In this document: in pieces, positions 1-8,187 of the stretch
How positions within the stretch are numbered: position 1 is the stretch's first letter
How the letters are laid out: every line of letters starts with the position of its first letter
Source: a virus
Taxonomy: Duplodnaviria > Caudoviricetes
IMG/VR virus record: IMGVR_UViG_3300038317_000129
Location: 1 to 54,289 of that record
Direction: 5' to 3' (one strand)
DNA length: 54,289 nucleotides
Notes under the pieces: model-generated
What the model saw: only the letters and a program-made list of their open reading frames with translations
Database searches by the model: none
What the model was told of the DNA's origin: nothing
Position numbers and translations under genes: made by a program

Positions 1-86
1 TTGTGCTCCGGGCAGTACTGTTCGCCGTCCTCGCAGAGGTTCGGGCATCCGGGATAGCGGCAGGGCCGCTTCGGTTTCATTGGCAT
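1..86 (-). CDS. HNH endonuclease (phage packaging-associated), 5' part only
   Basis: MPMKPKRPCRYPGCPNLCEDGEQYCPEH with AGGAGG RBS; paralog of 41982..42341. Confidence 0.8.
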   Translation of the reverse strand, partial: MPMKPKRPCRYPGCPNLCEDGEQYCPEH

Positions 87-113
87 AAGCGCCGCCTCCT
101 TTCCGGGCAATAG

Positions 114-145
114 AAAAGCCCCGGAAGGACTGTCCTCCGAGGCTT
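114..145 (-). terminator. Hairpin plus U-tract between late promoter and HNH gene
   Basis: Minus strand AAGCCTCGGAGGACAGTCCTTCCGGGGCTTTT; homologous hairpin at 41928..41959. Confidence 0.55.
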
Positions 146-180
146 GGTACGGCTGTGCCGTTGTTTCATTCTTTTTTGCT

Positions 181-231
181 ATTATAACTATATCACATGT
201 CAATACTGCCATTCACTGACACGGACTGCCA
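181..231 (-). promoter_or_regulatory. Late promoter with three 10-bp-spaced activator repeats
   Basis: TG(G/T)CAGT at 225-231, 215-221 and 205-211; TATAAT at 181-186; directly after the late-activator gene. Confidence 0.65.
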
Positions 232-235
232 ACTT

Positions 236-646
236 TCATTCCGGGACGGAAAAGTTCTGCAGCGCCGAGCCGTGTATCCTGTAAACCGTGCGTTCCGACA
301 CGTTCAGCAGCGCGCTGATCTCTTCCCAGGAGCAATCGTTCAGATAACGGTACCTGAGTACCATCCTTTCTTCCTGATCCGGCATCCTGTCGATTACCCT
401 GCCGATTTCGGCTTTCAGCTTTACAAGCATCTGCAGCTTCTGGTCTATTTCACGCTGTGTCTCGTCAATCATTTCCAGCGCGTGAACAAACGGCGCTTCT
501 GTCGGGCGGTTCGGATTGTAATGCGCTTCAAAGCTGCTGCCGGACACTCTGGTTGAAAGATCGCGCCAGTAATCGACTTCTCTCAGCAGGCTGTTTATCT
601 GCGCGTCGAGATGCTTCGCCTGCTTCAAATACTCCTTGGCGGTCAT
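236..646 (-). CDS. Phage late transcriptional activator (DUF1492/ArpU/RinA-like, sigma-70 r4 HTH)
   Basis: MTAKEYL...LRYRYL..CSWEEIS..LNVS.RTV.RIHG.AL; located before HNH. Confidence 0.8.
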   Translation of the reverse strand: MTAKEYLKQAKHLDAQINSLLREVDYWRDLSTRVSGSSFEAHYNPNRPTEAPFVHALEMIDETQREIDQKLQMLVKLKAEIGRVIDRMPDQEERMVLRYRYLNDCSWEEISALLNVSERTVYRIHGSALQNFSVPE

Positions 647-870
647 TCGTCCACCTCCTTCTGAAGGGAGCGGATGAGCATCCCGCCGTCGACCGAAGTC
701 AGCACTTTGTACCAGTCCGACAGGAAGAACCTCTCAATGTTCTCTTTTTCGATCCTTGCGGATTTGTTTGAAGGGTTCAGCTTCAGCGCCTTCAGTGCAG
801 TTCTGTAATCCCTGACCGCCTGAAGAATAATGGCGTTCGCCAGATTCTCATAACTATCGATATCGCTCAT
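643..870 (-). CDS. Conserved phage hypothetical protein
   Basis: YENLANAIILQAV.DYR motif; paralog of 41219..41446; GGAGG RBS before ATG 870. Confidence 0.75.
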   Translation of the reverse strand: MSDIDSYENLANAIILQAVRDYRTALKALKLNPSNKSARIEKENIERFFLSDWYKVLTSVDGGMLIRSLQKEVDE

Positions 871-955
871 TCGCGCACCTCCCGTTAATTGCCAAAGGGA
901 ATGTGTAAGCGTTGGAGCGTTGATGAATTGAAGCAGTGTGCGTTGAAAGAAATGA

Positions 956-1378
956 TCAGCTGTTCTTTTTGCGCTGATAATAAGCCTGCGCCTTTTTCCG
1001 GTTGCGAACATTCCCGCATTCCGGATTACCGCAATATTTCTGCCTTGACCCGTTCTTTATAAACGGCTTTCCGCAGTTTGCGCAGACGGCGTATCCCGGA
1101 ACGCTGTCCTTCAGAATATCCTCCACTTCGTCAGCCGACCGCACCACAGCGGCTGTGCCTCCGGCGGAGATGATTTTTCTGATGACGGCTTCCTGCAGTT
1201 TCGTAGGGCTGCCTTTTTCCGTCTTGACCTCGAACCCGTAAAAGCGCCCGCCGATGCAGGCGATAATATCCGGGATTCCCGCCGTTCCGTACATGCCGCC
1301 GTGCTCCTTCCACGCGAAGCATCCCGGCACGGTTTTCAGATATTTCAGTATCGATCTTACAATATCCGACTCTCTCAT
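956..1378 (-). CDS. VRR-NUC nuclease with C-terminal zinc-finger extension
   Basis: GIPDI...FEVK...LQ motif; tail CANCG...KYCGNPEC..RNR. Confidence 0.8.
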   Translation of the reverse strand: MRESDIVRSILKYLKTVPGCFAWKEHGGMYGTAGIPDIIACIGGRFYGFEVKTEKGSPTKLQEAVIRKIISAGGTAAVVRSADEVEDILKDSVPGYAVCANCGKPFIKNGSRQKYCGNPECGNVRNRKKAQAYYQRKKNS

Positions 1379-1379
1379 T

Positions 1380-1556
1380 TGACACGTCCTCCTTTCGTCT
1401 GACAGATAAAATGCCGTAATTCCGCGGTTTCTGACACGTTTGACACGAAAAAACGCATTATCGCGTATGGAAGAAAATAAAAACGCGTATTGGCATATAT
1501 TTTTTCTGTATATATGGTGAGTTAGGAAACTCGTGTCAAACCTGTCAGACGTGTCA
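1380..1556. repeat. Putative replication origin: inverted TGACAC(G) iteron arrays around an AT-rich core
   Basis: TGACACG at 1380, 1432 and 1441; C(G/C)TGTCA at 1532, 1541 and 1550; 18-bp inverted repeat 1431-1448/1531-1548 with 1 mismatch; directly downstream of primase. Confidence 0.6.
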
Positions 1557-1558
1557 GA

Positions 1559-4048
1559 TCATCCTGGGAGATCGCATACCCTGATCCCGTTCAAAACGCG
1601 CCTTTTGCCAAGGCTGTCGATGCCGCGCTCTATGGCGGGATATGCCGTGGTGATCTGCTGCACGAAGTTCTTCTGTGCGTACGGCTTCATGCCGCATTCT
1701 TCGCAGTACGCCTTGTAGGCGTTGAAAAGCTCGGTCGAGCCGGCGGAATACGATGCGTCCATTTCGCAGCGGTCCTTTATAAACGAAAGCACGGAATCCG
1801 ACTCCTCGCGGTACTGCTGCAGCTCGTCGCGGTTCTTCTGCGTCTCCGAGAATTTGTACCTGTTGTTCATGAGCCGTTTCAGCCCTTCCAGGGCGAAAAG
1901 GAAAATGCCGTCCGCTTCCATGCGGAACTTGTCCAGAAGCTCCGGATCGCGTTTTTCCTGCGGCACGGCGTGATTGAAACGGATGATAATGAGCCTGCGG
2001 TAGAATCCCTCCGACCTGTCCCCGTAGTTCCTCGGTATGCTGTTGCATGAAAACAGGAGTCTTGCGCAGCACTGAAAGGAAAACGGGTTCTTGTTCTTTT
2101 TCTCCACGGTCAGGTAATCCTCGCCGACGAGCGCCTTGAAGATGCCGTTGTCGTCAATGTTCTTCGTGGGCAGGTCGGCGAAGATATTCGCCAGCTTGCC
2201 GAAAAGCTCCGCCGTCTTGAACCGCTCGTTCAGCGCCTGCCATGAAACATTCGAGACGTTCTTCTTGCCGAGCAGGACGTCGTTCAGGACTCTCAGCAGC
2301 ACGGACTTTCCCGCCGACGCCGCTCCCACAATGACAAAGCACTTCTGCGCGGAGTTGACGGGAATAAGGAAATACCCGAGCATCTCCTGTATCAGGCCGA
2401 CCTGCTCCATGTCGCCGTCCATCGATTCCTTCAGGAACTGCTTGAACAGCGGGCAGTCCGCCTTTTTGTCATATGTCACGTTCAGCTGAACCGTTGAATA
2501 ATAGTCCGGCGTATGCGGCGCAAGAGTGTCCTCCAGAACATTGTACAGACCGTTTTTCACATTGATGATGTACGGGTTCGCGTTCAGCTCCCGGATGTCC
2601 TTCTGCACAAGGAGCCGCCACTGTTTCTCGGCGTCGGCAATCTGGTTCATCTTCGTTTCCCGGACGAGCATCTTTTCCTGCACGAGCCGCTGCGCCTCCA
2701 TCTCGGACATTTCCACATAGACCCCGCCATGATAGATAAAATGCTGCTCTGCGGAATAGAACACATGCTCCTTTTCCGACATTTCCCTTGCGAGCACGCC
2801 CGGAAGGAATCTCAGCCCGCTGTCGGCCGGCTCGTACCAGTCCGGAAGCGACAGTCCGGCCTTTGCCTTCTTCGCCGCCTTTCCCGACTTGTACGCCTTG
2901 CTCTCCTCACGGTATATCTGCATCAGGGATTTCAGGAACGACGCCTTCAGATTAAAGTGCTTCTTTATTTCCTCGTTGATGAACACGTCCGCCATCACGG
3001 CGTCTTGATTATAGAGGTACTTCCGCACGAATCCCATCGCCGTCTGAAGGTCCTTTATCGCTTCTCCTTCCACAGGAAGTTCCTTTACGATTTCCGACAG
3101 CACCTCCGCCGTCATCGGCTGATAACACCACGCGGCGGGAGACTTGACCGGGCATTCTCCCTTCTCAAATTTCGGGCACTTGAATCCTTTCTCGCAGATG
3201 GTCCTGCACGTCATCGGGTTCGTGCCGCTCTCGAGAAAATGGTTGATCTTCTTCTGGGTATTGTTTTCCGAATAGCCCGGATACGGCGCGGACAGCTTGT
3301 GTATAAGCTCCGTCCCGCCCTCGAAGGGCGCGAGGTTCGTAATCATCGCGTACCAGTCATGCTCGGAGAGCGTCGCCGCATCGCCGCGGCAGTGCTGCAG
3401 GAACAGACAGGAGCGCATGACCTGTTCGAGTCCCTTCTCGTTCCCGCTTTTCTTCTCCGCCGGTTTCAGGTCAACTTCGGGCAGGACGTCCGCAAGCTGG
3501 TCCTGCGTGTACTTCCTCTCCGGATGGAAGCTGACGCACGTCACCTCGACCGGAGTTTCCTTCTTGCAGTGCAGGAACCCCGGCAGGCGCATAACCCTTG
3601 ATTTGTTGACGCACATCGGATCGCCGTCAAAGTGCTTCACAAGCTGCGTCTGTATCGTGCGGAACCGCTCCACTTTCGACGTCGAATCCATGAACCAGTA
3701 CACGTGGTATGACTTCTGGGTCCGTATGACCATGGAAGGCGGAAGCGGGAACGCGTCTATCTTTTTCTTCTGGTCCTCAAAGCTGTCGTTGTCCATCTCC
3801 ACGAACTGGGCGTTGATGCGTGTAATCGCGCCGTCGTCCTGCCCTCCGTAGTTCACGACGAAGAAAACGCCGCGGTCGAGCCTGTTGTGGTTCTTCAGCG
3901 TTTCCTCTATCGTCTTGTACTTCCCGCATTCGCAGGACAGTTTCGCTCCGGGAAAAGTCCCGCTCTTCTTGTCGTCAAAGACGCGGAAGCATACTGTGTC
4001 AGTTGGATTGAAAAGGCTTGATATAACATCAGCCGCTGTCACATTCAT
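1559..4048 (-). CDS. Phage/plasmid primase-helicase, P4 family (RepB-like primase N-term, D5-type SF3 helicase)
   Basis: FVEMD..SYHVYW..RVMRLPG primase motifs; Walker A GAASAGKS; D5_N-like INVKNGLYN. Confidence 0.85.
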   Translation of the reverse strand: MNVTAADVISSLFNPTDTVCFRVFDDKKSGTFPGAKLSCECGKYKTIEETLKNHNRLDRGVFFVVNYGGQDDGAITRINAQFVEMDNDSFEDQKKKIDAFPLPPSMVIRTQKSYHVYWFMDSTSKVERFRTIQTQLVKHFDGDPMCVNKSRVMRLPGFLHCKKETPVEVTCVSFHPERKYTQDQLADVLPEVDLKPAEKKSGNEKGLEQVMRSCLFLQHCRGDAATLSEHDWYAMITNLAPFEGGTELIHKLSAPYPGYSENNTQKKINHFLESGTNPMTCRTICEKGFKCPKFEKGECPVKSPAAWCYQPMTAEVLSEIVKELPVEGEAIKDLQTAMGFVRKYLYNQDAVMADVFINEEIKKHFNLKASFLKSLMQIYREESKAYKSGKAAKKAKAGLSLPDWYEPADSGLRFLPGVLAREMSEKEHVFYSAEQHFIYHGGVYVEMSEMEAQRLVQEKMLVRETKMNQIADAEKQWRLLVQKDIRELNANPYIINVKNGLYNVLEDTLAPHTPDYYSTVQLNVTYDKKADCPLFKQFLKESMDGDMEQVGLIQEMLGYFLIPVNSAQKCFVIVGAASAGKSVLLRVLNDVLLGKKNVSNVSWQALNERFKTAELFGKLANIFADLPTKNIDDNGIFKALVGEDYLTVEKKNKNPFSFQCCARLLFSCNSIPRNYGDRSEGFYRRLIIIRFNHAVPQEKRDPELLDKFRMEADGIFLFALEGLKRLMNNRYKFSETQKNRDELQQYREESDSVLSFIKDRCEMDASYSAGSTELFNAYKAYCEECGMKPYAQKNFVQQITTAYPAIERGIDSLGKRRVLNGIRVCDLPG

Positions 4049-4052
4049 CCGC

Positions 4053-4529
4053 TCACCTCCTCAAATCCTGTGTCGGCACGCCCTCAGCCTCAGACAGTAT
4101 CTTATCTCGGCTTCGGGCGGCCTCCTCAAAATATCTGACCGGGATATGCAGGCGCTTTGCTTCCTCAATTTCCCGCTCCATGCCGGACGAGATTTCTCCA
4201 AACGCCCATACCTCATCGCACATTGCGAGGAGCGCAAGCCCGAACAGGCAGCCAAGCTCCCGCTCCTCCGGCACGCCGTCGTCAAGCATCTGCGGATAGA
4301 GGAGATGGCTTGCTACTGGCATGTACCCGCTGTCTATCACGCGGCGGCAGTAACTGACAGCATCTCTGATATTCTTATTCGTGTCGCCGGCGTACTTTGA
4401 AGCCACATATATTTTTCTGCGGTGCCTGTCCGCGAAGCGCCTTTTCTGCTTCTGACGGTATTCCTTCATCAGGCTGCTCATTGCTGCTCCGGCTGTCGGG
4501 TCGCTGTATCCCTCACTGTTCCTGTACAT
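4053..4529 (-). CDS. DUF4406-like (nucleoside deoxyribosyltransferase-like) phage protein
   Basis: NSEGYSDPT, IYVASKYAGD, CDEVWAFG..S.GM..EI; paralog of 35987..36418. Confidence 0.7.
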   Translation of the reverse strand: MYRNSEGYSDPTAGAAMSSLMKEYRQKQKRRFADRHRRKIYVASKYAGDTNKNIRDAVSYCRRVIDSGYMPVASHLLYPQMLDDGVPEERELGCLFGLALLAMCDEVWAFGEISSGMEREIEEAKRLHIPVRYFEEAARSRDKILSEAEGVPTQDLRR

Positions 4530-4893
4530 GCGTCCCGCCCCCGCTTTCCATCATGCCAAGTGCCATGTTCTCCGCGTTCGAGCAGAGGACTGCGATTTTC
4601 TCAAGCTTCTCCTGCGCGGCGTTCTTGTACGCAGTCATCATCTTCGTATAAACTTCGCTGCCTTCTTCGCCCGTAAGCAGATAATCCGTGCTCACGCCGA
4701 AGAACTCCGCCATCGAAAGCAGCGTTTTCGCGCCCGGAAACGTCACGCCCCTCCGGTATTCCGATACCGTCTGCTGGCGTACCCCAAGGCCGTCGGCAAG
4801 CTCCTTCTGCGCCGTCCGTTTTCCTGTAACGGGATGCTTCTCCATAAGGCGGAGAAGCGTTTCCGTAAAATTGAATTCTCTTTTCCTGTCCAT
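4513..4893 (-). CDS. XRE-family HTH protein
   Basis: QKELADGLGVRQQTVSEYRRG...FGVSTDYLL. Confidence 0.75.
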   Translation of the reverse strand: MDRKREFNFTETLLRLMEKHPVTGKRTAQKELADGLGVRQQTVSEYRRGVTFPGAKTLLSMAEFFGVSTDYLLTGEEGSEVYTKMMTAYKNAAQEKLEKIAVLCSNAENMALGMMESGGGTHVQEQ

Positions 4894-4896
4894 TCT

Positions 4897-6828
4897 TCAG
4901 TCCTCCAGTTCATCCAGTGTCCCGAAAGTCATGCCCGCCGACGCTTCCGCCACGAGCGGGAGGTCGAACTCTGGAAACGGCCTCGGTTCCATGCATTCTT
5001 TAATGAAGGAAACCGCTTCCTTCAGCCTGTCTTCCGGAATGACAAATGTGAGTTCATCGTGTATCTGCAGAATAGGCTTCAGCCACGGGCGTTCCGGCAG
5101 GCCTTTCAGGAGCCTTCCGAGTGAAAGCTTGATGATGTCAGCCGCCGTTCCCTGGATCGGTGTGTTCATGCTGCACCGCTCCGCGAAGGACTTCCTGCCC
5201 CAGTCATCGGAACGGATTTCCGGCAGATAGCGTCTTCTGCCGAGCCATGTCTCCGAATACATTCTCCGCGCGGCTTCCGCTTTCGTTTCCTCCTGCCAGA
5301 CTGTCAGTGCCGGGTAGCCTGCCTTGAGATTTTCGATGATCTCCTCACACTCCCTTACGGATTTATCAACCCCCGCCTTGAACTTCAGCGTCCGCTGCAG
5401 TCCGCGAGGGAACAGCCCGTAAAATGTGCCGAAGTTCACATTTTTTGCGATCGTCCTGCGCTCCTTGTAATCCGGAGCGTGCTTGTCGTGCGCCTGCGCG
5501 TACGGAATATTGAAAATGACGGACGTGGTCGCGGCGTGGATGTCGCCGCCCGTCTTGTATGTGTCCATCATGATCCTGTCGCGGCAGTAGAACGCGCCCA
5601 CGCGCAGCTCGATCTGGCTGTAGTCGCAGGAGACAATCAGATGCCCTTCGGGCGCTTTCACGAAATTGCGGACGCCTATCGGGTCGCTGCCCTTCCTCGG
5701 CATATTCTGGAGATTCGGGGAACTGCAGCTGAACCTTCCAGTATCCGTGCTCAGAGAATAGAAGTTCGGATGTATCCGCATCGTGGCGGCGTCTATGTGC
5801 TTCATATAACCCGTGATGTATGTGGATGATATCTTGTTCCATTTCCTGTATTCCTGGACAAGCTCAAACAGCCGCGAAAGCTCCGGACGGTTCGTATCGC
5901 ACCATTCCTTCAGCTGAATCATGACAGCGTCGTCCGCTGCCGCGCGGCTCTTCTCCGTCGTGCGGAAAACGGGGAGCTTCAGCGTCTCGAACAGATACTT
6001 CTTGAAAGCGTTCGTGCTGCAATTGCTTCCTATATCAACGTCCCCGGCAATCCCGGCTATCTCAGTCCTGATTTTTTCCATCTCGCGGTCAGCTTCGGCT
6101 TTCCGCTCTTTCATGAGATCAATGTTCACCGGGACACCGTTGTACTTCATAATCCCGAGGTAAACGGATGTCGGGGATTCGATGTTCTCCACGATCCATC
6201 TGTGCTTCGGGAGGTATCTGTCAAACCATCTGTTGAAGATGCGCATGAGCCGCAGGGCGAAGTCCGAGTCGGCGCAGCTGTAGCGGATGGTTTCCGCATC
6301 CGCCGGGTCAAGCTCGTCAAAATGCCTGCCCTCCGTCACCGTCTCAAAGGACGGGAGCGGTTCGCCGCAAAGCTCCGACGCCAGTCTTTTCAGTCCCGAG
6401 TCGGAGAGCTTCCTGAACTCAGTCGGCGATTTCAGCGACATCTGGCTCGCCGCAATGGTGTCATATACAGGCGGCTGCGTGACGATGCCGTTCTTGTACG
6501 CGAACATCGACTCGAACGCCATGTTATGGGCGATTTTCGTAATCTTTGTATTAGTCAGGAAATCACGGAGGAACTTATAAAAAGTCTTTTCATCCATATT
6601 CTTTCCCGTCTTATGCGCAACGGGTATCATGATGCCCGTCCGTTCCCGGACGCTTATGCTCATGGTGCAGATATGGCTCTTCGCCGGATCAAGCGCGGCT
6701 TTCTCCTCATCACGGTAAATGTCGTCCGGCGCTGTTTCAAAGTCATAGGCGGCTTCATCCGCGTCTCCGATATAGTCAAGGATTTCCCGGAGCGTCGTGA
6801 CCGCCCTGTAGTCAGTCTTTGTTTCCAT
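4897..6828 (-). CDS. Family A DNA polymerase with 3'-5' exonuclease
   Basis: YDFET exo I; DYSQIELR (A), KNVNFGTFYG (B), QIHDEL (C); start placed at METKTDY. Confidence 0.9.
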   Translation of the reverse strand: METKTDYRAVTTLREILDYIGDADEAAYDFETAPDDIYRDEEKAALDPAKSHICTMSISVRERTGIMIPVAHKTGKNMDEKTFYKFLRDFLTNTKITKIAHNMAFESMFAYKNGIVTQPPVYDTIAASQMSLKSPTEFRKLSDSGLKRLASELCGEPLPSFETVTEGRHFDELDPADAETIRYSCADSDFALRLMRIFNRWFDRYLPKHRWIVENIESPTSVYLGIMKYNGVPVNIDLMKERKAEADREMEKIRTEIAGIAGDVDIGSNCSTNAFKKYLFETLKLPVFRTTEKSRAAADDAVMIQLKEWCDTNRPELSRLFELVQEYRKWNKISSTYITGYMKHIDAATMRIHPNFYSLSTDTGRFSCSSPNLQNMPRKGSDPIGVRNFVKAPEGHLIVSCDYSQIELRVGAFYCRDRIMMDTYKTGGDIHAATTSVIFNIPYAQAHDKHAPDYKERRTIAKNVNFGTFYGLFPRGLQRTLKFKAGVDKSVRECEEIIENLKAGYPALTVWQEETKAEAARRMYSETWLGRRRYLPEIRSDDWGRKSFAERCSMNTPIQGTAADIIKLSLGRLLKGLPERPWLKPILQIHDELTFVIPEDRLKEAVSFIKECMEPRPFPEFDLPLVAEASAGMTFGTLDELED

Positions 6829-6894
6829 ATATATATTTCTCCTATGGGAACGGCCGGAAGGAGAATGTTCCTCCCGGCGTTCACCCAATTACTT

Positions 6895-7653
6895 TTATTT
6901 CAGCGGTTCAATGATTTCCCCGGTTTCCGGATCGACGGCCGCCGCGTCCTCATATCCGGCAAGGGAAGCCACAGTAAGTCCGGCGGCGTAATGCTTCACT
7001 TGATCAACCAGCTCCGCCACGTTCTCCGCCTCATAGCTGTTCAGCAGCCGGTCGAACGAGAACACCGCCTGCGAATAGAGGATCCCCGAAGCGCTCGTCG
7101 CTTTCTTAAGGCTGATCCTTGTGACGATTCTCGACAGCTTTCTTCCCTTGGAGAGCTGGCGCTTGACGTATTTTGTGAACTCCTTCAGCGAACCCGTCGG
7201 CAGGGAGAGCGTGACGGGGAACATTTCGTTCTCCATCAGGATGTAGAGCATCCTGCGGTTCTTGCACGCCTTCGCCTGTCCCTCGCCGCTTCCGAAGCGG
7301 TTGTACGGGCATTCAGCGCAAAGTCCGCCCGGATCGCCTGTGCCGTTCACACCGTCAAAGGAGCCGCAGTCCGGCGGATTGCTCCCGCCCTGATACTTGT
7401 CCCTGTAGTAGGCGTAGGCGGGATGGTGCAGGAGTATGACCCCCTTGATTTCCTTCACCATCTCGGTGTCGTCGTCATCTCCCGGAATCTCGAACGCGGT
7501 CGCTCCTCCTGCCGGGATCTTCACCCTGTCAAAGGTCAGTTGCAGTCCGGCAAGATCGTCAGCCGCATCGGCAAGCGCGTCCGTATTGGCAAGCGCGGCG
7601 TATCCGCTCTGCACTGCCATTTCCGTTGTTTCAGTATTCTTTTTCACTGCCAT
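6895..7653 (-). CDS. Phage ssDNA-binding-like protein
   Basis: Replication-module position; Cys cluster (C..CPYN.FGS...C); acidic tail VDPETGEII. Confidence 0.5.
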   Translation of the reverse strand: MAVKKNTETTEMAVQSGYAALANTDALADAADDLAGLQLTFDRVKIPAGGATAFEIPGDDDDTEMVKEIKGVILLHHPAYAYYRDKYQGGSNPPDCGSFDGVNGTGDPGGLCAECPYNRFGSGEGQAKACKNRRMLYILMENEMFPVTLSLPTGSLKEFTKYVKRQLSKGRKLSRIVTRISLKKATSASGILYSQAVFSFDRLLNSYEAENVAELVDQVKHYAAGLTVASLAGYEDAAAVDPETGEIIEPLK

Positions 7654-7720
7654 ATCAGTGTCCTCCGTTTATTCAAAAGTCTTTGTTCATGTCATTGCCG
7701 CGTTGTTCTTCGTTCTGTGT

Positions 7721-8128
7721 TCAGCCCTTGCGGACGCCGACGGTCACTTTCTCGTATGCCGAGACATACGGCTCGAGCCACGCGGGGATTTCATCCGCGT
7801 TCGCGGCTTTCTGCTCCCGGACGAACGACGACAGCGTGTTGCTGTTGACCGTTTCAACGACAAGGGAGCCATAGCCGTTGTCCTTCAGCGCCTGCATCAG
7901 GTCGTCCCTGCACCCCGCGGCGGGCGAAGCAAAGAGCCTTGTGTTCAGGTAGAACGTGCTGCCGTTCCGCGAGAAGCGTTCCACTTCCTGCTCCGCCATC
8001 ATGTCTGACAGCTCACGGTCAAGCTGTTCGATCTCCGCGTTCGTCTCCTTTACCCGCACGTCGAGTTCCTTCTTCCTGTCCCTCGCGGCTTTGAGTCTGT
8101 CCGCCAGTTCAAAAATCTGATTGTTCAT
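7721..8128 (-). CDS. Phage hypothetical coiled-coil protein
   Basis: AGGAGG RBS; N-terminal coiled coil; replication-module context. Confidence 0.65.
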   Translation of the reverse strand: MNNQIFELADRLKAARDRKKELDVRVKETNAEIEQLDRELSDMMAEQEVERFSRNGSTFYLNTRLFASPAAGCRDDLMQALKDNGYGSLVVETVNSNTLSSFVREQKAANADEIPAWLEPYVSAYEKVTVGVRKG

Positions 8129-8145
8129 GGTGTATCGCACCTCCT

Positions 8146-8175
8146 TCTACTGCCTGCCGGAAAAATCAACCCCCT
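8146..8175 (-). promoter_or_regulatory. Element A-specific promoter repeat, copy 2
   Basis: 27/30 identical to 9891..9920; intergenic, just upstream of an RBS. Confidence 0.55.
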
Positions 8176-8187
8176 CCGCGTCCGTCC

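Noticed and set aside
6202-7848. 548-aa plus-strand ORF and other long antisense ORFs (2513..3601, 8677..9519, 40231..41115, 48519..49673)
   Set aside because: They lie opposite well-supported genes, lack family motifs and are expected shadows of GC-rich codon usage.
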